DNA from: Bacillota bacterium
GTDB lineage: Bacteria > Bacillota > Clostridia > Peptostreptococcales > Anaerovoracaceae
Reading direction: 5' to 3'
NCBI GenBank assembly: GCA_017416795.1
Contig: JAFQBD010000014.1
Coordinates: 8,842-72,841, forward strand
DNA length: 64,000 bases
In this document: positions 57,001-64,000 of the stretch, piece after piece
How positions within the stretch are numbered: position 1 is the first letter of the stretch
Layout: the number at the start of each line of letters is the position of its first letter
Translations under genes and position numbers: made by a program
The notes under the pieces: generated by a model
The model's input: the letters and a program-made list of their open reading frames with translations, nothing else
What the model was told of the DNA's origin: nothing
Databases searched by the model: none

Positions 57001-57248
57001 TGATGGACTATGTGACTGCCCAGGAATGGATCATGGATCACGATGAAGACAGTGACAAGAGCATATCACTGGTCATCAACGTTCCGACAGTTGCCAACAC
57101 GAAGAAGAACGACAGCTTCCCTGTAAGAAGAAAGGCTATAGAGTGGGGTGTTCCTGTAATGACTTGTATGGATACTGCCAGAGTATTCCTCAAGGCTATC
57201 AAACAGCACCAGAAGGGAATAGCGCTGACATATAATTCGCTGGACTAA
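54048..57248 (+). CDS. carB: Carbamoyl-phosphate synthase large subunit
   Basis: IGSGPIVIGQAAEFDY, two ATP-grasp halves, C-terminal MGS-like domain; 1066 aa. Confidence 0.98.
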   Translation: MPKKTSLKKILIIGSGPIVIGQAAEFDYAGTQACKAIKEEGIETILVNSNPATIMTDKGIADKVYMEPLTEEALEKIMEKERPDGMLAGFGGQTGLNLAMEMEEKGILAKYGTKLLGVNKESIKKAEDREAFKELMQEINEPIPSSIIATTIEECYDFIEKEGYPVIIRPAYTLGGTGGGIAENKEELEELCYKGMESSAIGQILLEKSVAGWKEIEFEVMRDRRNNCIIICSMENMDPVGVHTGDSIVVAPVQTLRDEEYQMLRDASIKIIRSLEIEGGCNVQFALDPDTGDYIVIEVNPRVSRSSALASKAAGYPIAKISAKIALGYTLDELYNYVTQTTSACFEPTIDYIVVKFPKWPFDKFRTASRKLGTQMKATGEVMSIDRTFESALLKALTSIEIKCDGLHTPYVTGLPNDKLIAKLKDCDDERVFCIAEVMRRDLMDVEELYSITKIDRWFLNKIKGIIDLENTLKTQPLTKDLVYEAESRGLTDSDIIELSGVSRDVLQDIRVYNDIYPVYKMVDTCGGEFDALTPYYYSCYDEEDESIRSPEEKILVIGSGPIRIGQGIEFDYCCVQGVWAIKELGYEAIIMNNNPETVSTDFDTSDKLYFESLHIDNVMNVIKRERPYGVILQFGGQTSLNLAEKLNSRSINILGTAFEDIDLAEDREKFCELLADLGIAVPEGVAVTTEEEAFEAVARLGYPLVVRPSYVIGGRAMQVVYSDDELKRYLKESVSLSTEHPVLIDQYIQGKEIEVDAIADGEDILIPGIMEHVERAGVHSGDSISVYPNYSLSEEVENTLLEYTEKIAKALNTVGLINIQYAYDGEKIYVIEANPRASRTVPILSKITRVPMVKLAVAAMLGHKLKDSEYGTGLYKKTKEYAVKVPVFSSAKLTDMDIALGPEMKSTGEVLGIDEDLDKALYKGFLGAGMDIPDGGNIFVTLRSTEQTEYTADILKDYCDNGFKLYATDDTINFIKEYGMDAELMDYVTAQEWIMDHDEDSDKSISLVINVPTVANTKKNDSFPVRRKAIEWGVPVMTCMDTARVFLKAIKQHQKGIALTYNSLD

Positions 57249-57300
57249 AAGGCAAAAATATGGTATCATGACAAAAATGACTTTTTGAAAGGGTAATGAA

Positions 57301-57492
57301 ATGTTTATACTTATTTTAGCACTGGTTTTCGGGGCAGCAGTTTTATATTTTACTATTCGCAGTTACAACAATGCTAAAGAAAGCGGCGGAGACAGCAAGC
57401 TGATAAAGATACTGAAGCTTGTCGTACTGGCGGAAGCTCTTCTTTACGTAGTGCTTTTCGCATTCGTGTTCCTCAAGACATTGTTCATGTAG
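57301..57492 (+). CDS. Small two-TM membrane protein
   Basis: 63 aa with two hydrophobic segments; SD-like sequence upstream. Confidence 0.55.
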   Translation: MFILILALVFGAAVLYFTIRSYNNAKESGGDSKLIKILKLVVLAEALLYVVLFAFVFLKTLFM

Positions 57493-57601
57493 CACGACTG
57501 CATATATAATATCTATATAATAAAAACAGCGAGATATCATGTGATATCTCGCTTTCTTTTTTATGAGGTCAATGCTATTTAGTTCAATGATCGCCGGCAG
57601 A

Positions 57602-58147
57602 TCAGAATCTGTCGCTGTAATTCAGAAGACCTCTGATGAAGCCTGCCTGAGGCTTTTTCTTAGGGCCCATGATGGTCGAATAATATACGATGGAAGCATC
57701 AAGTCCATCCTCATTAGTTCTGATGATGGCATAGGAACCGTCACTGCCGTCGCGAGGAAGTGTCAGGCTTCCCGGATTTATGAAACGCACTCCTCCTGCT
57801 TCGTCGATGAGGCCGTGATGAGTGTGGCCGAAGACAGCAGCTATGCAGCCTGCTTCCTGAGCTTTGTACATCAATGTATTGAGCTGGTATTTCACATTCT
57901 CCATATGACCGTGGGTCAAGAGGATTTTGCCACATTCTGTCTCTATGATCTGATGATTCTCTTCGTGGCAGCCGTCACAGTTACCTTTGACAGCCACTGC
58001 AGGTATGCCGAATTCTTCAGAAATCTTCTGAGCATCTCTGTAATAGTCACCTGTATGGATGATCAGATCGATATCTCTCAGCTTAGTAAATATGTCTCTG
58101 ACTTTATTGAGTTTTCCGTGTGTGTCACCTATTGCTAATATTTTCAT
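57602..58147 (-). CDS. YfcE/MJ0936-type metallophosphoesterase
   Basis: GDTHG, HTGD, GNCD, THGH, FGHTH, NPGS. Confidence 0.92.
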   Translation of the reverse strand: MKILAIGDTHGKLNKVRDIFTKLRDIDLIIHTGDYYRDAQKISEEFGIPAVAVKGNCDGCHEENHQIIETECGKILLTHGHMENVKYQLNTLMYKAQEAGCIAAVFGHTHHGLIDEAGGVRFINPGSLTLPRDGSDGSYAIIRTNEDGLDASIVYYSTIMGPKKKPQAGFIRGLLNYSDRF

Positions 58148-58251
58148 GCCAACAGTTTAACATAACCCGCCAATCTTGACTAGATGTTGATTTTCAAGTA
58201 GAATAAGCTGATAGGAAAAAAACAAAGAATTGGAGTTAAAAATCAGATAAT

Positions 58252-58695
58252 ATGTCAGAAAACAAGAAAACGATAATCACAGACGGTCAGGATCTGGCCG
58301 AGAAAGCAGCACAGCTTGCAGCTGATGGTGTGACTGATGTAGTGATCACGCTGAACACACTCAATTATACAAGATACAAAGAAACTAATGACGGCAAGGA
58401 ACTCGGCCCTGTGATCGAAGGTATCAATGCGGCTGTTGGACAGAAACTTCATATCACACTTCAGGTGAGCCTGAAGGAAGGGTACAATGAAGCGGAGATC
58501 CTGGACCTTCTCCAGCTGACATTCCAGCATAGATATGACATAGTATTCATGCCGACTATAAGCTACGATCTTCTCAGAAGCAAGATGCCTGCTCTCAAAC
58601 CGATAGACGGAGATTTCGGCGATGTGGAAATGTACAAGTATCCCGGTGCTGTAGGCAGGATCGGACTGTTAAGAGATAACAAGAACAATCAGTAA
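58252..58695 (+). CDS. MoaA-derived protein lacking both Fe-S cluster motifs
   Basis: ITDGQDL, V.ITLNTL, V.EGI.AA, G.NE.EI.D, YKYPGA.GRIG align by eye with the MoaA mid-region; no Cys in the ORF. Confidence 0.6.
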   Translation: MSENKKTIITDGQDLAEKAAQLAADGVTDVVITLNTLNYTRYKETNDGKELGPVIEGINAAVGQKLHITLQVSLKEGYNEAEILDLLQLTFQHRYDIVFMPTISYDLLRSKMPALKPIDGDFGDVEMYKYPGAVGRIGLLRDNKNNQ

Positions 58696-58712
58696 AGATC
58701 AGGAGAGATTCA

Positions 58713-59447
58713 ATGCACGAAGAACTTTACAATATGAGAAAAGAACTGGCGGGGATGATCAAAAACAACAGACTGCTCAAGTCTGCGATCAGAGAAGTCA
58801 ACAGGATAGATATGATAAAGGCTTCACTGATAGTGAGAAATCCTAACCACGATAAGATCAACATTGAACAGATCCTTGAAGGCGGTACGCTGCAGAAGGA
58901 TGTTCCGGTAGGAGACTACATGTTCATCAGCAATTTCAGCAATGTCATCAGACTGGCCTTCAACTGTATCGAGATGGGAAACTATCTGGACAGACATCTG
59001 CTGATAAGCGCATACAGGATGCTCACTGAAGATGACAATGCATATTTCAGAAAGAATAATCCTGTCATTTATGCATTCAACCACGTACCGACACATTCAG
59101 TCGATATAGAAGAGAAGCTGGATGATGCCATGAGACGCGTGTACAGCAGAGAATCCGGCAACAACGTGATCCTCAAGGCGATGTATATACATAACAAGAT
59201 CATCGAGATATATCCGTTCAAGGAATACAGTGCGGAACTTGCAGTGTTCGCCATGAATTATTACTTGATGGAAAACGGTCTGGCACCTATCAACATGCCG
59301 ATCGGCAGACAAGACTATTATGAAATAGTCAGCGCATGTCTCAAAGGTCACAGACAGGAAGAATTCTACAACTTCCTCAGCCGTGCGGTATTCGACAAGA
59401 TGAAGGGCACGGTAGAAGCGTGCAGAGAATATCTTAAGAATATGTAA
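58713..59447 (+). CDS. Fic-fold protein with a degenerate active site
   Basis: FRK, A...H..I.EI-YPFKEYSAELA in place of HPFxDGNGRxxR, then N..L...G..P and DYY. Confidence 0.7.
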   Translation: MHEELYNMRKELAGMIKNNRLLKSAIREVNRIDMIKASLIVRNPNHDKINIEQILEGGTLQKDVPVGDYMFISNFSNVIRLAFNCIEMGNYLDRHLLISAYRMLTEDDNAYFRKNNPVIYAFNHVPTHSVDIEEKLDDAMRRVYSRESGNNVILKAMYIHNKIIEIYPFKEYSAELAVFAMNYYLMENGLAPINMPIGRQDYYEIVSACLKGHRQEEFYNFLSRAVFDKMKGTVEACREYLKNM

Positions 59448-59543
59448 GACAATATCAATACATGAAATAAATGAAAATGCTCCCTAAGGCGGGGAGCATT
59501 TTCATTTGATGTTAGAAGATTTTTGAGTTGAGGAATTATTTCC

Positions 59544-60908
59544 TTATTTACTTTCTATATCTGCCAGCTGCTGCTTCACGCTTTCGAATGAAGTGGAGCC
59601 CTTTGATTTCTTGGCTTCTATGCAGCTTCTGATGGCGATCTTTTCATAGATGTCTTCATCAAACTTGTCCGAGAAGGACTTGAATTCATCCATTGTCATT
59701 TCTTCTATAGCTATTCCTTTGTTGATACAGTGGAGAACGATCTTGCCGATGATCTCATGACAATCTCTGAACGGGATGCCCTTGGCAACCAGATAGTCGG
59801 CAGCATCGGTAGCATTCATATATCCATACTTAGCTGCGCTTTCCATCTTCTCTTTTCTCACGTGCATAGTGAGGATCATTTCTGTGAAGATACCGATGGA
59901 AGCCTTCAGAGTATCTGCAGCATCGAAGATCGGTTCTTTGTCTTCCTGCAGATCCTTGTTATATGCCAGCGGCAGGCCTTTGCAGATAGTCAGAAGACTC
60001 ATCAGGTCTCCGTATACTCTGCCGGACTTACCTCTGATAAGTTCCGCCATATCAGGATTCTTCTTCTGAGGCATGATGCTGCTGCCTGTGGAATAGGCAT
60101 CGTCCATTTCGATGAAGCTGAATTCCACGCTGCTCCAGTTGATCAGCTCTTCGCAGAATCTTGAGAGGTGCATCATAGTGATGGCACAGCAGTTGATGAA
60201 CTCGATGGCGAAGTCCCTGTCTGCTACGGCGTCCATGCCGTTAGGCAGTACAGATGCAAAGCCCAGTTCTTCTGCAAGAAAATCTCTGTCTGTATTATAT
60301 GTAGTTCCTGCAAGAGCTCCGCTTCCCAGTGGGAGTCTGTCTATACGAGTAAGGCAGTCAGCAAATCTTTCCTTATCTCTTGAGAACATCTGATAGTATG
60401 CCAGCAGGTGATAAGCCAGCGTTACAGGCTGTGCCCTCTGAAGGTGGGTGTAGCCCGGCATTACAGTATCCTGATGTTCCTTAGCTAATTTAGCGAGAGC
60501 TTCAAGCAGCTCTGCCAGCAGCGTATCGATGGCTGATGTCTCTTTCTTCATATAAAGTCTTATGTCCACGTTTACCTGGTCGTTCCTGCTTCTAGCCGTG
60601 TGGAGTTTTTTACCTACGTCACCGATGCGCTGTGTCAGCACTGTTTCGATATTCATGTGGATATCTTCAGCCTCGATGGTGAATTCCACCTTGCCGGCTT
60701 CGATATCCTCGAGGATCTCACCGAGAGTTTTAATGATCAGGTCTACATCTTCCTGAGGGATGATGCCCTGTTTGCCCAGCATCTTGGCATGGGCTATACT
60801 GCCGGTGATATCTTCCTTGTACATCTTCTGGTCGAACTGTATTGAGGCATTGAATTCATCAGCCGACGAAGTCGATGCCTTTGAGAACCTTCCTTTCCAA
60901 AGCTTCAT
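59544..60908 (-). CDS. argH: Argininosuccinate lyase
   Basis: [38 protein letters not shown]. Confidence 0.97.
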   Translation of the reverse strand: MKLWKGRFSKASTSSADEFNASIQFDQKMYKEDITGSIAHAKMLGKQGIIPQEDVDLIIKTLGEILEDIEAGKVEFTIEAEDIHMNIETVLTQRIGDVGKKLHTARSRNDQVNVDIRLYMKKETSAIDTLLAELLEALAKLAKEHQDTVMPGYTHLQRAQPVTLAYHLLAYYQMFSRDKERFADCLTRIDRLPLGSGALAGTTYNTDRDFLAEELGFASVLPNGMDAVADRDFAIEFINCCAITMMHLSRFCEELINWSSVEFSFIEMDDAYSTGSSIMPQKKNPDMAELIRGKSGRVYGDLMSLLTICKGLPLAYNKDLQEDKEPIFDAADTLKASIGIFTEMILTMHVRKEKMESAAKYGYMNATDAADYLVAKGIPFRDCHEIIGKIVLHCINKGIAIEEMTMDEFKSFSDKFDEDIYEKIAIRSCIEAKKSKGSTSFESVKQQLADIESK

Positions 60909-62127
60909 GTTCTTTGGCTCCTCCTTCTACTGTTTGTTTCTGGATGGCTCTGATCTTCAGCGGCAGTGCGAACAGGTTGATGAATCCTTCTGCATCGCTC
61001 TGATCATATACGTCATCCTTACTGAATGTAGCGAACTCTTCGTTGTACAGTGAGTAAGGGGACTTCTTAGCAACAGGATATGCAGTACCCTTGTACAGCT
61101 TCATCTTAACTGTACCTGTAACTTCCTTCTGAGTAACGTCTACGAAAGCACTTATTGCTTCTCTAACAGGAGTATACCATAAACCGTCGTATACCAGTTG
61201 TGCGAATTTCTGAGCTACGATAGCTTTGTACTGAGTTGTGTCTCTGTCGAGGATCAGCTGTTCCAGACCTGCATGTGCTGCGAACAGGATAGTTCCTCCC
61301 GGAGTTTCATATACGCCTCTTGATTTCATACCAACGAGACGGTTTTCGATGATGTCGATAGTACCTACACCGTTTCTTGAACCCATTTCATTGAGTTTTT
61401 CCAAGATTTCGATAGGTCCCATTTTTTCGCCGTTGATGCCTACAGGAACGCCTGATTCGAAATCGATATCAACGTATTCAGGTTTGTCAGGTGCCTTTTC
61501 AGGCGGTACGCTGAGTACGTGGATAGTATCGTAATGTTCGTTCCAAGGGTTTTCCAGCTCTCCGCCTTCGTGGGAGATGTGCCAGATGTTTTCGTCACGG
61601 CTGTATATTTTTTCAGTTGACTGGTTGATCGGAATATTATGTGATTTAGCATATTCGATCAGTTCTTCTCTTGAATGAAGATCCCAGAATCTCCAAGGTG
61701 CGATGATCTTGATGGCAGGGTTCAGTGCCTGGATAGTAGTTTCGAAACGTACCTGGTCATTACCCTTGCCTGTGCATCCGTGTGCTATGTAAAATGCTTC
61801 TTCCTTTTCAGCGATCTCAACCAGCTTCTTAGCCATGAGAGGTCTCGCCATGGAAGTACCCAGCATGTACTGTCCTTCATAAATAGCGCCTGCTTTCAGA
61901 GTCGGCCAGATGAAGTCTGTGATCATTTCTTCTCTCAGGTCAACTGTATATGCCTTGCTTGCGCCTGTAGCTATCGCCTTCTTTTCGATAGCATCGAAGT
62001 CTTCCTTCTGTCCTGCGTTGCAGCATACTGCGATAACGTCATAGTCGTAATTTTCCTTGAGCCATGTCATGATGATGGATGTGTCTAAACCACCCGAATA
62101 GGCTAATACCACTTTTTCTTTAGCCAT
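60859..62127 (-). CDS. argG: Argininosuccinate synthase
   Basis: [43 protein letters not shown]. Confidence 0.97.
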   Translation of the reverse strand: MAKEKVVLAYSGGLDTSIIMTWLKENYDYDVIAVCCNAGQKEDFDAIEKKAIATGASKAYTVDLREEMITDFIWPTLKAGAIYEGQYMLGTSMARPLMAKKLVEIAEKEEAFYIAHGCTGKGNDQVRFETTIQALNPAIKIIAPWRFWDLHSREELIEYAKSHNIPINQSTEKIYSRDENIWHISHEGGELENPWNEHYDTIHVLSVPPEKAPDKPEYVDIDFESGVPVGINGEKMGPIEILEKLNEMGSRNGVGTIDIIENRLVGMKSRGVYETPGGTILFAAHAGLEQLILDRDTTQYKAIVAQKFAQLVYDGLWYTPVREAISAFVDVTQKEVTGTVKMKLYKGTAYPVAKKSPYSLYNEEFATFSKDDVYDQSDAEGFINLFALPLKIRAIQKQTVEGGAKEHEALERKVLKGIDFVG

Positions 62128-62145
62128 TGATAAAACCTCCTAACG

Positions 62146-62200
62146 ATGCATAAAAATTTATGATATGTTATTATTATACATAGTTTATGCATAAATACAA
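62146..62200 (-). promoter_or_regulatory. argG promoter with an ARG-box-like site
   Basis: Minus strand TTGTAT, 16 bp, TATAAT (62200-62173). TGCAT-AAAA-ATTTA at 62147-62160. Confidence 0.45.
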
Positions 62201-62372
62201 CCCCTAAAAGCGAAAAATAAAAAGTCAGACAATTTACATATATAAAATATATATTAATTACCGATTAAGATAAAAAATATGGAGACTTTATGTCAGAATT
62301 ATTGTAAAATATAAAAACGGAAGTGCATAAACTCATGCATATTCATTATTAATAACAAGAGGCAGGTAAAAG

Positions 62373-63287
62373 ATGGGCTTAAAAGAAATAAAAGACCTTC
62401 TCATCAGTAAAATCGATGAGGAGTATATAATAGAAAACGTACCGATGGCAGAGCATTCATCATTCAAGGCAGGTGGAAACGCTGACCTTATGGTGTTGCC
62501 GCAGAGCATCGATCAGCTTAAGGAAGTTCTGCAGATACTGGCAGGCTGCGACTATCCGTACATGATCCTGGGCAACGGATCCAACATCTTAGTAAGAGAC
62601 GGCGGATACAGAGGCATCATGGTCAAGATGGGCAGTGCATTCGATGATGTACAGGTGGATGGAAACAGAGTCGTATGCGGAGCAGGAGCACTTCTTAGTG
62701 TAGCTGCCAAGACTGCTGCAGCGGCAGGGCTTGCGGGACTGGAATTCGCATCAGGCATCCCCGGCTCTATAGGTGGAGCAGTATTCATGAATGCAGGTGC
62801 ATATGACGGAGAAATGAAATTCGTTTTGGAAAAGGCTCGCGTCATCTCTAAGGACGGCAGTGCAGACAGATACATGACTCCTGATGAGCTGGACATGGGA
62901 TACAGACATACTGTTCTCCATGAAACAGGAGATATCGTAGCAGAAGCTGTTTTCAAGCTGGAAGCAGGAAATATAGATGAGATCAAGGCGAAGATAGCCG
63001 ATCTTACTCAGAGACGTAATTCGAAGCAGCCGGTGAGCTTTCCGAGCGCAGGAAGCTTTTTCAAGAGACCTACGGGATATTTTGCAGGAAAGCTGGTGCA
63101 GGATGCAGGGCTAAAAGGCCTCACTGTGGGAGGAGCACAAGTATCTGAACTGCACAGCGGTTTCGTTATCAATATAGGCGGTGCGACTGCTACTGATATA
63201 CTTCAGCTGATGGAGATCTTACAGCAGACAGTAATGGATAAATTTGGGGTAATGTTAGAGCCTGAGGTAAGGATAATAGGAGAATAA
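62373..63287 (+). CDS. murB: UDP-N-acetylmuramate dehydrogenase
   Basis: LGNGSN, GIPGSIGGAVFMNAGAY, PSAGSFFK, HSGFVIN. Confidence 0.96.
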   Translation: MGLKEIKDLLISKIDEEYIIENVPMAEHSSFKAGGNADLMVLPQSIDQLKEVLQILAGCDYPYMILGNGSNILVRDGGYRGIMVKMGSAFDDVQVDGNRVVCGAGALLSVAAKTAAAAGLAGLEFASGIPGSIGGAVFMNAGAYDGEMKFVLEKARVISKDGSADRYMTPDELDMGYRHTVLHETGDIVAEAVFKLEAGNIDEIKAKIADLTQRRNSKQPVSFPSAGSFFKRPTGYFAGKLVQDAGLKGLTVGGAQVSELHSGFVINIGGATATDILQLMEILQQTVMDKFGVMLEPEVRIIGE

Positions 63288-63300
63288 GAGGGAGGAAAGG

Positions 63301-64000
63301 ATGACCGCAGAAGAATTGAGAAACAAATACGAGATGTTCTATGATCTGCATACTCATACGACATATTCTCACGGCAAAGGATCCGTTGAAGATAATGTGA
63401 GAGAGGCGTTCAATCAGAACATGGAATTCATAGCAATATCGGATCACGGACCGGGACATTTGACTTACGGAGTCAACAGAGATGAATTCGTCAACCTCAG
63501 AAACGATGTAGAGAGGATGAACGTCAAATATCCTAAGATGAACGTGAAGATGAGCGTAGAAGCCAACATCATCAAATCCGGAAACAACCTGGATGTGAGA
63601 CCAGAGGAGTTCGAGGAATTCGACTTCGTCATAGCAGGATATCATTACGGACTGTTCGGATGCAGCTGCGTCAGGAACTGGCTGTGGAGCAAAGGTTTCA
63701 AGTGGAAGGAAGATGAGTTAAGAGAATCCAATACTCAGATGGTGATAGATGCACTCAGAAAAAATGACATCGCCATACTGACTCATCCGGGAGATAAGGG
63801 TCCGTTCGATATCAGAAGGATAGCGGAAGTTTGTGCCGAGACCGATACGCTTATGGAAATAAGCACATGGCACGGACATCTGACAGAAGAAGAAATAAAG
63901 ATCGCGGCAGAAGTAGAAGATGTGAAATTCATCATCAGCAGCGATGCCCACTCACCGGCAAGAGTCGGAGATTTCGTATCGGGGCTTGAACGAGCGATCA
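63301..64000 (+). CDS. PHP-domain phosphoesterase, 3' end outside window
   Basis: Manual translation: DLHTHT.YSHG, ISDHG, EAN, HPG, SSDAH. GGAGG upstream. Confidence 0.88.
   Translation, partial: MTAEELRNKYEMFYDLHTHTTYSHGKGSVEDNVREAFNQNMEFIAISDHGPGHLTYGVNRDEFVNLRNDVERMNVKYPKMNVKMSVEANIIKSGNNLDVRPEEFEEFDFVIAGYHYGLFGCSCVRNWLWSKGFKWKEDELRESNTQMVIDALRKNDIAILTHPGDKGPFDIRRIAEVCAETDTLMEISTWHGHLTEEEIKIAAEVEDVKFIISSDAHSPARVGDFVSGLERAI

Overview
64 kb of chromosome from an anaerobic Clostridia-type Firmicute. The family placement (Peptostreptococcales/Anaerovoracaceae-like) is inferred from gene style only. No transposase, integrase, prophage or CRISPR array was seen. Contents in order: a truncated BspA-type LRR surface protein; lexA; a sigma54-controlled aminotransferase plus acylating aldehyde dehydrogenase pair with its PAS-AAA+ activator; trxA/dfx; L20 leader-infC-rpmI-rplT; a compact sporulation core with all four sigma factors (spoIIGA-sigE, sigG, sigK, spoIIAA-AB-sigF) plus ylmC, interleaved with housekeeping genes; a glycine riboswitch and AGCS transporter; a reduced radC-PBP2-minD/rodA cluster; rny, iscS, thiI; tRNA-Arg with a duplicated 3' end; a SecB-like gene; a nitrogen module; amino-acid genes; carA-carB; argGH; murB; and a truncated PHP gene. 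The strongest candidate for an undescribed system is the nitrogen module. A glutamine-synthetase-like protein with altered ammonia-site residues and a pseudo-receiver ANTAR protein are transcribed divergently from purA-purB-guaA-pyrG-asnA-carA. That operon's leader has an ANTAR-type hexaloop hairpin embedded in a terminator. Its carA keeps the catalytic Cys, while the carA coupled to carB has Cys replaced by Gly, suggesting interchangeable glutamine- and ammonia-dependent CPS small subunits. All family assignments come from recalled motifs; no searches were run.
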